Shown here: one piece after another, positions 54,938 to 63,538 of the stretch
Layout of the letters: each line of letters starts with the position of its first letter
Numbering within the stretch: position 1 is the first letter of the stretch
Assembly (NCBI GenBank): GCA_963778935.1
Contig: CAVZWA010000017.1
Coordinates: forward strand, 261,808 to 325,807
Length of the DNA: 64,000 nt
Direction: 5' to 3'
Source: an uncultured beta proteobacterium
GTDB lineage: Bacteria; Pseudomonadota; Gammaproteobacteria; Burkholderiales; Casimicrobiaceae
Translations under genes and position numbers: made by a program
The notes under the pieces: model-generated
The model's database searches: none
What the model saw: the letters and a program-made list of their open reading frames with translations, nothing else
What the model was told of the DNA's origin: nothing

Positions 54938-56128
54938 CTAACGGCGATTCAATTCGGCGGTCGCAAGTTTGAGCGCCGCCACGAGGTGGGCGTTGGCCTC
55001 GGTGTCACGCCCTTGCCGACCGAGCATCTCGCCCAGCGCCAGATGTGCGCGCCAACCGTCGTCGAGCGCGAGGCTCGCCTCCAGGTACGTCTGCGCCTTG
55101 CCCCAGAGTTGCGCACGCTGGCAAAGCCCACCCAGCACGCGCAGGAGCGCCGCATCATGATTGTGCGTCATCAGCCAGCGCTCGGCCTGTTCGAGCTGCC
55201 GAGTCGCATCGGCGAGATGACATTCGCCGTAAAGCTCGACCAGATCGGAATCCCAGTCGCGGTCGAGACTCGCACCCAGTATTTCCGTGGCTTCGCGATC
55301 ACCCCCGAGTTGCAGGAAACTTTGCGCTGCCGCGCGAGCAACCTTTGGCTGGACCTTGATCGAGTCCGGCAACCTCGCCCAGGTGTCGCGCAGGCCAGTG
55401 GCATCCTGCGCGAGCGACTTCAATTGTTCGCTGTATGCGCTCACGCGCACAAAGTCGGCCTGTACCACGTCGAATACCTTGCGCTTGACCAGTTGATCGA
55501 GCAACGGGGGGATCTCTGGCCATCGACGCGCGGCCTCCAGCGTGCGCAACTCGAGCCGCAACGCCGCCGTGTGCATGCCCGCCTCCTTGCGCAGTTCCTG
55601 CAGCAACCGCAGCGCCTCCTGCGGTTGGCCATGCTCGAGCGCGATCTCCGCAGCCAGCATCAGCCGCGGCACCGCAAGGCTCTGTGTCTGTGCATCGGCG
55701 GATGCGAGAAACCCTTCTGCCGCGCTCAGATCGCGAACGTCGATTGCAGCGCGCGCTGCAATGAGTGCATTGAGCGACGATGAGCCGGGAATCGCCAGCG
55801 CTTCCTGCGCATGCTGGCGGGCCTTGCCATAGCGTCCTTCGAGCAACGCGATGACGGCGGAATCCTGGATGCTTCGTGCGCGCTCGATTTTTTTCTGACG
55901 GCGCCACACCCGCACCTCTTCCGGCAGGCGCAACGTGCGCACGATCAGCCGAATGGAGCAATAGGTCGCGATGAAGCCGCCCACGACAATGAGCAGCAGC
56001 AGGTTCAACGACAACTCGATGCGATGTGGCGGCGCCACCAGCAGCGCATATCCGGCATTGAGCTTGACCGCAAGCGCCACGACGACGGCTGCGGCCGCGA
56101 GCATCAGGAACCAGAAAAGGACTCGCAC
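54938..56128 (-). CDS. hemY: HemY-like heme-biosynthesis-associated TPR membrane protein
   Basis: 396 aa. HemY_N-type start (two TM segments, then RLPEEVRVWRRQKK) followed by TPR-like repeats. Directly downstream of hemX. Confidence 0.85.
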   Translation of the reverse strand: MRVLFWFLMLAAAAVVVALAVKLNAGYALLVAPPHRIELSLNLLLLIVVGGFIATYCSIRLIVRTLRLPEEVRVWRRQKKIERARSIQDSAVIALLEGRYGKARQHAQEALAIPGSSSLNALIAARAAIDVRDLSAAEGFLASADAQTQSLAVPRLMLAAEIALEHGQPQEALRLLQELRKEAGMHTAALRLELRTLEAARRWPEIPPLLDQLVKRKVFDVVQADFVRVSAYSEQLKSLAQDATGLRDTWARLPDSIKVQPKVARAAAQSFLQLGGDREATEILGASLDRDWDSDLVELYGECHLADATRQLEQAERWLMTHNHDAALLRVLGGLCQRAQLWGKAQTYLEASLALDDGWRAHLALGEMLGRQGRDTEANAHLVAALKLATAELNRR

Positions 56129-56152
56129 GAATGGCCTTGGCGCGAGCGCGGG

Positions 56153-57214
56153 TCAGCGCTGCGGCTTCTCGCGGGCAAGCTTGAGGACCCGCACGGCCTC
56201 GAGGCTGCGCGCAAGATCCGGCACCTCGACCGCCATGTCGGTCGCCTGCACTTGCTTCAGGAGTGTCAACTGCGCCTGCACCGGCTGCACACGCGTATCG
56301 AAATATTTGCGCAGCCACGCATCGGCTGCGGCGAGGTCGGCCCGAAAACTCGTCTGATCACGAAACAGCAGATTCAGGCGCGCGGCCAGGAGCCGCAATT
56401 TGAGATTTTCGCGCAGGAAATATTGTTGTTGCGGCGCGAGCAAGGGCGCTTCGGGCCGGTCGAGATTCTCGACTCGCACCAGCTGCCGCACTTCCTGCCA
56501 GACTTCATGCAAAAAACGGCGCCACGGCGGTTCTTCCTTGGCGGGTGCAGTCGGAGGCGGCGCGGGCAGACGCTCCTCGAGAGCCAATGGCAGCGTATCC
56601 ACGGCCGCGATGACCTGATCCAGGCGCAGCGACACGCCGGCAACGTCGACGTACGGCACCGCTTTCAGACTGTCCATGTCTCGAGCCAAGGCACGTCGCA
56701 ACGGCGTGAACTGTGGTCGGTCCAGACGCTGGAGCTTGGAGTCGGCGAGCTGCAGCGCCGCAAGGGCCGACGATACGTTTCCCGCGAACTGCAGCTGCTG
56801 GCTCGCCAGCAGCAGGATCTGCTCGATCTCGGTCAACGCCCATTCGTCACGCGACGGCGCAAGCTCGCGGTAAAGTGCTTCGAGCGCAGCTTGTTGCGTC
56901 TGCGATTCGGCCAGGCGGTTCTCCAGCAACGTGATCTTGGCCTGGGCTTCGCGCAGGTTCTCCTGCTCGCCCTTGAGCGTCGCACGCGAGGTCTGCTCGC
57001 TGGCTTCGATGTCGCCCAGCTTTTTGGCGAGCTCGAGGCGAAGTTCACGCTGGGTATTGCGTGCGTCGATCCAGACCGTGGCCACGGCGACCGCCAACAG
57101 CAGCAGGCCCGCCACGACAAGCCAGTACCGCCGCCGATTTGCATCGGGCGGCGCGGCCAGTTCCGTCATCGCGGGCGATGCGGAAACCGGGCTTTGGTCC
57201 ACCGGGTCGGACAT
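56153..57214 (-). CDS. hemX: HemX-like membrane protein (often mis-annotated as uroporphyrinogen-III C-methyltransferase)
   Basis: 353 aa from ATG 57214. One TM segment, then a coiled-coil and the HemX domain. Position upstream of hemY. Confidence 0.8.
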   Translation of the reverse strand: MSDPVDQSPVSASPAMTELAAPPDANRRRYWLVVAGLLLLAVAVATVWIDARNTQRELRLELAKKLGDIEASEQTSRATLKGEQENLREAQAKITLLENRLAESQTQQAALEALYRELAPSRDEWALTEIEQILLLASQQLQFAGNVSSALAALQLADSKLQRLDRPQFTPLRRALARDMDSLKAVPYVDVAGVSLRLDQVIAAVDTLPLALEERLPAPPPTAPAKEEPPWRRFLHEVWQEVRQLVRVENLDRPEAPLLAPQQQYFLRENLKLRLLAARLNLLFRDQTSFRADLAAADAWLRKYFDTRVQPVQAQLTLLKQVQATDMAVEVPDLARSLEAVRVLKLAREKPQR

Positions 57215-57297
57215 GAGTGTCAAAGGCAGATAACGGGGGCGAAGATTGTAGCAGGATCGATGACCGAAACTGGCTGTGCGTGCCGCGCTCGACTAGA

Positions 57298-57969
57298 ATG
57301 GGGAATTACTCTGCGCTCGCAGTCGCCGACTTCACTCCTAGACGCCTTGCCTTGTTCATCGTCGTCCTCATCGTCGTCGTCGCGCTTGCAGCGCTTGCCG
57401 GATATTTTCTTGGTGTGCGACGCCGCGCGCCGAATCTGCCAAGCCAGTCCGCAGCGTTGCCGGCCCCCACGCCAGTCGCTGCGGCCACACCGGACACGAC
57501 GGGCACTATCGAACAGGAACGTGTCGATCACGAAAAATCGCGCATCATCCGCAGTGTCGCTGCCGAAACCTTTGCGTTGCGCGACCAACTGGACAACGTC
57601 GGCCATGCAGGTGCGGCAAGCCAGGAATTCGAAGCCGTGATCGCGGCGGCCCACGCGGAGACTGCGCGCTATCGCCAACTGGTCGTCGATATCGAGAACA
57701 ATGCACCGCCGCCGATCCTGCTCGGAACCGCCGAACCCGACGATCTCAAGTTGATCGTCGGCATCGGGCCGGTGCTGGAACGCATGTTGCGCAATCTTGG
57801 CATCGGGTCGTTTCGTCAGATCGCACGATGGACGGCACGCGACATCGCCGAGTTCGATGCCAAGCTTACGGAGTTTCCCGGGCGCATCGTGCGCGATCAG
57901 TGGGTGACCCAGGCGCGCGCGCTGCACGAGTCGAAATACGGCGTGAGTCCACTCGGCCGTCAGGGATGA
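57298..57969 (+). CDS. membrane-anchored protein with C-terminal H3TH/HhH (COG3743-like) domain
   Basis: 223 aa. One N-terminal TM segment (LALFIVVLIVVVALAALAGYFL). C-terminal DDLKLIVGIGPVLERMLRNLGIGSFRQIARWTARDIAEFDAKL..FPGRIVRDQWVTQA. Confidence 0.65.
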   Translation: MGNYSALAVADFTPRRLALFIVVLIVVVALAALAGYFLGVRRRAPNLPSQSAALPAPTPVAAATPDTTGTIEQERVDHEKSRIIRSVAAETFALRDQLDNVGHAGAASQEFEAVIAAAHAETARYRQLVVDIENNAPPPILLGTAEPDDLKLIVGIGPVLERMLRNLGIGSFRQIARWTARDIAEFDAKLTEFPGRIVRDQWVTQARALHESKYGVSPLGRQG

Positions 57970-57985
57970 GCGCGAAGGTATCTCG

Positions 57986-58942
57986 GTGACCAGCGCCGGC
58001 AAAGGCGAAATCCACGCGTCGGCGCAGCAGGCAGTACCTGCGTCGAGTCTGTTGCAGATCGGCATCCTGACCCTGGTATGGGGATGCAACTGGCCGATAT
58101 TGAAAATAGGCGTCACCGAACTCGCGCCGCTGACGTTTCGTGCCTCGTCGCTGGTATTCGCGGCGATCGGGTTGCTGCTCGTGGCCAAGTTCTCCGGTCA
58201 TTCAATCCGTATTCCTCGCCCACTGTGGGGCAAGGTCGTATTGCTCGCGCTGTTCAACATTGCCGGATGGAACGGATTCATCCTGTTCGGCGTGCTGAAC
58301 ATGCCGGCCGGCCGTTCGGCGATTCTCGCGTATACGATGCCGATCTGGGCGGTATTGTTTGGCATGGGGCTGCTGCACGAACCCCTGTCGAAGCGCAAGA
58401 TCGTCGGTCTGGCGCTTGGCCTGTGCGGCATGATCGTGCTGCTTGGGGATGATCTCCGCAACCTGCAGCGCGCCCCCGTTGGCGCACTGTTCATTCTCGC
58501 GGCCGCCGTCACCTGGGCCTTCGGAACCGTGCTGCTGCGTCGCTGGAAGCCGCCGATCCCCCAGGCGACGCTGACGGGCTGGATGATGTTCCTGGGCTGG
58601 ATTCCCATCGTGCTGTGCGTGCCCTTCTTCGACCCGCACCCACTGCACTCGCTGGCGACGATGTCGGGCACCGCCTGGTTTGCGATTCTCTACAACATCT
58701 TCCTCGCGGGCACGCTGGCGCACTGGGCGTGGTTCAAGATGGCGCGCACGCTTCCGGTCGCGGTGAGCTCGCTGTCGTCGCTGCCGGTACCCGTCGTCGG
58801 CGTGCTGTCGGGCATGCTCTTCCTCGGCGAGCGTCCGGGGTGGAGCGAGTTCATCGCGCTGGGCCTGGTGCTTGCGTCGCTGGCGGCGGTGTTGATACCG
58901 ACGACGTCGAAGCGCGCAGTGGCTGACACAATTCCCGAATAG
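57986..58942 (+). CDS. DMT/EamA-family transporter
   Basis: 318 aa, GTG start, ten TM segments in two EamA repeats. Confidence 0.88.
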   Translation: MTSAGKGEIHASAQQAVPASSLLQIGILTLVWGCNWPILKIGVTELAPLTFRASSLVFAAIGLLLVAKFSGHSIRIPRPLWGKVVLLALFNIAGWNGFILFGVLNMPAGRSAILAYTMPIWAVLFGMGLLHEPLSKRKIVGLALGLCGMIVLLGDDLRNLQRAPVGALFILAAAVTWAFGTVLLRRWKPPIPQATLTGWMMFLGWIPIVLCVPFFDPHPLHSLATMSGTAWFAILYNIFLAGTLAHWAWFKMARTLPVAVSSLSSLPVPVVGVLSGMLFLGERPGWSEFIALGLVLASLAAVLIPTTSKRAVADTIPE

Positions 58943-58962
58943 TGCCCAACATTGCTCTTGAT

Positions 58963-59041
58963 CGTCATTCCCGCGCAAGCGGGAATCCATTTTGAAGTTA
59001 CCGACGTCAAGATGGGTTCCCGCTTTCGCGGGGACGACGCG
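58963..59041. repeat. REP-like elements, family C, inverted pair
   Basis: CGTCATTCCCGCGCAAGCGGGAATCC (58963-58988) and GGGTTCCCGCTTTCGCGGGGACGACGCG (59014-59041) lie in opposite orientations. Related to 33657-33751. Confidence 0.8.
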
Positions 59042-59042
59042 T

Positions 59043-59987
59043 TTAACTGAGCTCCGGAATCAGCGTAAGTGTTTTCCGGTCGGGGAACCACGCGTCGAGA
59101 TTGGCCCGACACAGGTCGCCCATCGCCTGCCGTGTTTCGCGTGTCGCACTGCCGACGTGCGGCAGCAATACGACGTTGTCCATGGTCATCAACGGCGCGG
59201 GAATATGCGGCTCGTCGACGAACACGTCGAGGCCGGCGCCCTTGATCGTCCCGGCAGCAAGTGCCGCCACTAGCGCCGGTTCGTCGATGATCGAACCACG
59301 CGCGATGTTGACCAGCGTTCCCTTCTTGCCCAGCGCCGCCAGCACGCCGGCGTCGACGATGTTGCGCGTGGCATCGCCGCCGGGACACGCAACGACGAGG
59401 AAATCCACGGCCGCCGCCAATGACTTGAGGTCGCGCACATATTCGTAGGGCACGTCCTGCGGTTTGCGGCCGGTGTACGCGACTTTCATTTCCATCGCCG
59501 TGACGCGCTGCGCGATCGCCTTGCCGATGCGGCCCAGCCCGAGGATGCCGACCTTCTTGCCGCCCAATTTCGTTGTCAGGTCGGGCCCGCGCTTTTCCCA
59601 CTCTCCCGCGTGCACGAAACGGTTCAGGCGCACGAATCCACGCCCGGTCATCAGGATCAATCCCAATGCGACGTCGGCAACATCTTCCGTCAGCACGTCC
59701 GGCGTGTTGGTGACCTTGATGCCGCGCTGTTTGCAATACGCGACCGGAACGCCGTCGTAGCCAACGCCGAACACCGAAATGATCTCGAGCGCGGGCAGCG
59801 CATCCAGCAGCTTCGTCGGCGCCAGGGTGCCGCCACCTTGCACCAGGCCACGGATGCTCTTGCCCTGCGCCGCCAGTAATCCGGCCTTGTCGGGCGCCTG
59901 CAGGTAATCGTGGCAGCGGTACTTCGCCTTGAGGGGATCGTAAAGAAACGGCGGCAATGGCGCGGTGACGATGATATCGGCTTGCAT
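59043..59987 (-). CDS. D-2-hydroxyacid dehydrogenase family (glyoxylate/hydroxypyruvate reductase-like)
   Basis: 314 aa from ATG 59987 (AGGGGA 8 nt upstream). GILGLGRIG, the NIARG motif and the catalytic PH(V)GSAT motif. Starts 14 nt after the hemD stop. Confidence 0.9.
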   Translation of the reverse strand: MQADIIVTAPLPPFLYDPLKAKYRCHDYLQAPDKAGLLAAQGKSIRGLVQGGGTLAPTKLLDALPALEIISVFGVGYDGVPVAYCKQRGIKVTNTPDVLTEDVADVALGLILMTGRGFVRLNRFVHAGEWEKRGPDLTTKLGGKKVGILGLGRIGKAIAQRVTAMEMKVAYTGRKPQDVPYEYVRDLKSLAAAVDFLVVACPGGDATRNIVDAGVLAALGKKGTLVNIARGSIIDEPALVAALAAGTIKGAGLDVFVDEPHIPAPLMTMDNVVLLPHVGSATRETRQAMGDLCRANLDAWFPDRKTLTLIPELS

Positions 59988-60001
59988 GGTGTGATCCCCT
60001 A

Positions 60002-60772
60002 TCAATGGATGGTGGCGAAGTATTCTAACAATGCTGCCAGCAGGCCGGCGTCGGCAGGTGCTGTAACGATGATGCGGGCAATGCCCAGCTCGCTTGCACG
60101 TGCTGCAATACGCGAATGCGGCACGAACGTGGGTGTCGCGGCCATGCGTTTCCGAGCTTCGGGACCGAACAGCGCCCAGATATTGTCGAGGCCTTCGCTG
60201 CTGGTCAATGTCACGGCATCGATGCGACCCTCCCGAAGTGCCTCCTCCAGGCCCGTCGTGCCTGTTTCCGGCCGCGCGCGGCGATAGCAGTCGACCGTAT
60301 CGACGATGGCGCCACGTGCGGCCAGCGTCTCGCCCAGCAGCTCGCGGCCATCGCCGCCACGAAAAATGACAACGCGCTTGCCCGAAGCCGTCGCGAACTC
60401 CGGCAGCGCGAGCAATCCTTCGCTATCCATGGTGGTGGTCGGCTGCCGCACGTTGGCGATGCCGACCGCAGCAAGTGCAGCTGCGGTGCCGGGGCCGGGT
60501 GCGAGTGCGATCAGACGCGGCGGCCACGCCGCAGGATCGCCAACGCCGTACTCGACCGCATTGGCACTTACGAAGACGGCGAAGTCGTAACGCGCAAGTT
60601 CACGCTGGGCACGATCGAGCGCATCGCGGTTCTCCGGAGGCAATATCACGATCGCCGGAAACATGACCGGGACGCCGCCGATCGCCGCAATCTGGCGCGC
60701 AAGCCCCGCCGCTTGCCGTGCCGGGCGCGTGATCAGAATGCCGCGCCCATCCAGACGCCCAGGTGATGTCAT
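60002..60772 (-). CDS. hemD: uroporphyrinogen-III synthase
   Basis: 256 aa. HEM4 family pattern (GILITRPARQA..., two-lobe repeat). Position after hemC. Confidence 0.85.
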   Translation of the reverse strand: MTSPGRLDGRGILITRPARQAAGLARQIAAIGGVPVMFPAIVILPPENRDALDRAQRELARYDFAVFVSANAVEYGVGDPAAWPPRLIALAPGPGTAAALAAVGIANVRQPTTTMDSEGLLALPEFATASGKRVVIFRGGDGRELLGETLAARGAIVDTVDCYRRARPETGTTGLEEALREGRIDAVTLTSSEGLDNIWALFGPEARKRMAATPTFVPHSRIAARASELGIARIIVTAPADAGLLAALLEYFATIH

Positions 60773-60789
60773 TGGAGTACCTTCATGCT

Positions 60790-60860
60790 TGTAGGCGCGA
60801 ATTCACTCGCGCGCCGTGGCTCCGATGCGATCAGCGGTCCGAATGAATTCGGACCTACAG
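60790..60860. repeat. REP-like element, family F (between hemC and hemD)
   Basis: TGTAGG-[GGCGCGAATTCACTCGCGCGCC]...[GGTCCGAATGAATTCGGACC]-TACA. Two hairpins bracketed by inverted TGTAGG/CCTACA ends. Confidence 0.8.
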
Positions 60861-60872
60861 CATCCCGGTATC

Positions 60873-61805
60873 TCATGACGCCAGGATCCGCGCCGCGTCG
60901 CGCGCGAGGAATTCGGCACCCAGTTCATCGCCAAGCGCGATGGCCATGTCGACGGTCGTGACGTGCGCCGCGCGCTCGCCGCGCAAGACCTCCTTGCCGT
61001 CGCGGCTGGCGATCAGCCCGCGCAGCCAGAGTTCGTTGCCGCGCGCGGAGGCATATGCAGCCAGCGGCGTGCGACAGTCACCGGCGAGTCTGGTGCCGAA
61101 CGCGCGCTCGGCGCTCACGGCGAGCGTCGTGCGCTGGTCCGCGAGTGCGCCGAGCGTGCGGATGATATCGGCACGATTCGATCGGCATTCGATTGCCAGT
61201 GCGCCCTGCCCGACGGCCGGCAAGCTCTCCGCGGGATCGAGCAGCTCCGCGATGCGGTCGGCGAAACCGAGTCGCTTGAGACCGGCGGCAGCGAGGATGA
61301 TCGCGGCATATTGCCCTTCGTCGAGTTTGCGCAGCCGTGTGTTGACGTTGCCGCGCAACGGCTCGACGACGAGGTGCGGGAAGCGCTCGCGCAATTGCGC
61401 CTCTCGGCGCAGGCTCGACGTACCGACGATGCTTCCCGGCGGCAAGCTCGCGAATGTCTTGTGCACATTGGAAACGAACGCGTCGCGCGGATCCTCGCGC
61501 GCCATGATTGCAGCGAGCGTGAACCCCTCCGGCACGATCATCGGCACATCCTTGAGCGAATGCACGGCGAGGTCGGCGCGACCGTCCAGCATCGCCTGCT
61601 CGAGTTCCTTGATGAACAATCCTTTGCCGCCAATGTCAGCGAGCGGAACATCGAGCACACGATCGCCTTGCGTGGTCACGCCGAGCAACTCGACGATGCA
61701 GGATGGATGGAGCCCGCGCAGGCGATCACGCACATGCTCGGCCTGCCACATGGCGAGCGCGGATTGTCGCGTCGCGATGACGAGCTTCGAAGGAGACGAA
61801 TTCAT
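60873..61805 (-). CDS. hemC: hydroxymethylbilane synthase (porphobilinogen deaminase)
   Basis: 310 aa from ATG 61805 ([25 protein letters not shown]...). [13 protein letters not shown] and the cofactor Cys in GDCRTPLAA. Confidence 0.95.
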   Translation of the reverse strand: MNSSPSKLVIATRQSALAMWQAEHVRDRLRGLHPSCIVELLGVTTQGDRVLDVPLADIGGKGLFIKELEQAMLDGRADLAVHSLKDVPMIVPEGFTLAAIMAREDPRDAFVSNVHKTFASLPPGSIVGTSSLRREAQLRERFPHLVVEPLRGNVNTRLRKLDEGQYAAIILAAAGLKRLGFADRIAELLDPAESLPAVGQGALAIECRSNRADIIRTLGALADQRTTLAVSAERAFGTRLAGDCRTPLAAYASARGNELWLRGLIASRDGKEVLRGERAAHVTTVDMAIALGDELGAEFLARDAARILAS

Positions 61806-62428
61806 ATGCTCATTGTGCGCCGTTGGAACCAACCCGTCAGCGCCAGCCGCTCACGCTGCGCGGGCAGCACCTCATGCTCGAATCGTTCGGACAGAAAGCA
61901 AACCAGCGTGCCTCCGATCGGCCATACGTCGCGCCGCTCGCCGTCATCGAAATGGATGCGCAGGGCACCGCCGTCCTGCGGCGACCAGTCCTCGTTCAAA
62001 TACAGGACGCACGACAGCACGCGCGCGTCGTCATCGCGAAATCGGTCGCGGTGGCGACGATAGCAGGCGCCGGGCGGATAGATCGCATAGTGACCTTCGA
62101 ACGAGAACAGTCCAAGCAATAGCGACTGATTGAGCGCAGCGCGTAGCGCGTCCAGAGCTTCCCAGCACTGGCGCATCGGCACGTCCAGGTCAGTGTGATC
62201 CAACCAGAGTATGCGATCGCCGCGAATATCGGACCGCGCGTCACGCGCCGCGCCGCGACCGATGCCGGCGACAGAAAACCCGCCCGCCGCATCGCGTTGC
62301 CGCACATCCGCGGCCAGAGCAACGATTGCGGCAACTGGAAGGAAATCGGGAACGACGGCATAACCTTGGTCCGCAACCCCCGCACAGATCCGGTCGATTG
62401 CGGAGGGGTCGAAATCTGCGGCGTTCAC
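61802..62428 (-). CDS. 2OG-Fe(II) oxygenase-superfamily protein (prolyl 4-hydroxylase-like)
   Basis: 208 aa. HRD (HxD), distal H in FEHEV, and the RLALTGWF Arg. ATGA overlap with the hemC start. Confidence 0.85.
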   Translation of the reverse strand: MNAADFDPSAIDRICAGVADQGYAVVPDFLPVAAIVALAADVRQRDAAGGFSVAGIGRGAARDARSDIRGDRILWLDHTDLDVPMRQCWEALDALRAALNQSLLLGLFSFEGHYAIYPPGACYRRHRDRFRDDDARVLSCVLYLNEDWSPQDGGALRIHFDDGERRDVWPIGGTLVCFLSERFEHEVLPAQRERLALTGWFQRRTMSI

Positions 62429-62533
62429 TTGGCGGGTTTTCGAGCGGCGGGAACATCATCTTATAATGCGGCACGCGATGGCGCGAGCCGTCTGCAGTGT
62501 ATAGGTGTGCTGCCAACAAAAGGGGGAACTTCG

Positions 62534-63538
62534 ATGCGTGTCGTCATAACCGGCGGAGCCGGCTTTCTCGGAAGCAGACTTGCCCGCGCCATACTCGAGC
62601 GTGGCCGGCTCACCGATGCGCGCGGAGAATTGCGCGAGCTCACTCAACTGGTGCTGGTCGACGTGGCGCCTGCATCCGTCGTGGACAAGCGCGTTACCGC
62701 CGTCGCCGGCGATCTTGCCGACCCGGCACTGATCGAGCGCGTGGTCACGCCGGAGACTGATGCGATCTTCCATCTGGCGGCGGTCGTGAGCGGCCAGGCT
62801 GAAGCGGAGTTCGACATCGGCATGCGCGTGAACCTGGATGCGACGCGAGCGTTGCTCGAACGCTGCCGCCAATTGACGCGACCGCCGAAGGTCGTGTTCA
62901 CCAGTTCGCTCGCGGTGTTCGGCGGCGTGCTGCCGGATCCCGTACGCGATGACTCACCCATCACACCGCAAACGTCCTATGGCGCGCAAAAGGCCATGGG
63001 CGAGTTCATGGTGTACGACATGACGCGCAAAGGGTACATCGACGGCCGCTCCATGCGCCTGCCGACCGTCACCGTGCGGCCGGGCAAGCCAAATCGCGCC
63101 GCGTCGTCGTTCGCGAGCGGCATCATCCGCGAACCTCTGTCCGGCGTCGACGCGGTGTGTCCGGTGACGTCGACAGCAGCCATGTGGGTCACGTCGCCGC
63201 GATCCGTGATCGCCAACCTGATCACGGGTCACGAGGTGCCCGCGGCTGAATTTGCCCGCGCCGGTTTCGCGCATACCCGCTCGGTCAACGTGCCGGGACT
63301 GCGCGTCGGTGTGGGGCAGATGATCGACAGCTTGAAGCGCGTCGCGGGCGATGCCGTGGCAGCGCGCGTGAAATGGCAACTCGACCCGGTGATCGATCGC
63401 ATCGTGGCAACCTGGCCTGCGAACTTCGCGCCAGTGCTGGGCCCGGCGCTGGGCATGAAAGCGGATCACGATTTCGACGCGATCGTCCGGCAATATATCG
63501 AAGACGAGCGACCGGTGGCGATTGCTGCCAGCGCATGA
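62534..63538 (+). CDS. NAD-dependent epimerase/dehydratase-family dehydrogenase, D-erythronate dehydrogenase (DenD)-like
   Basis: 334 aa from ATG 62534. GGAGFLG, YGAQK and RLPTVTVRPGKPNRAASSFASGIIREPL, a block I associate with DenD-type enzymes. Confidence 0.8.
   Translation: MRVVITGGAGFLGSRLARAILERGRLTDARGELRELTQLVLVDVAPASVVDKRVTAVAGDLADPALIERVVTPETDAIFHLAAVVSGQAEAEFDIGMRVNLDATRALLERCRQLTRPPKVVFTSSLAVFGGVLPDPVRDDSPITPQTSYGAQKAMGEFMVYDMTRKGYIDGRSMRLPTVTVRPGKPNRAASSFASGIIREPLSGVDAVCPVTSTAAMWVTSPRSVIANLITGHEVPAAEFARAGFAHTRSVNVPGLRVGVGQMIDSLKRVAGDAVAARVKWQLDPVIDRIVATWPANFAPVLGPALGMKADHDFDAIVRQYIEDERPVAIAASA

Noticed and set aside
55811-57640. 609-aa ORF on the plus strand
   Set aside because: It is antisense to hemY and hemX, with a highly Arg/Gln-rich translation and no recognisable domain.
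57298-59987. Genomic island or mobile element inserted in the hem cluster
   Set aside because: There is no integrase, transposase, tRNA target or direct-repeat boundary, and no obvious compositional break by eye. It is kept only as a synteny observation.
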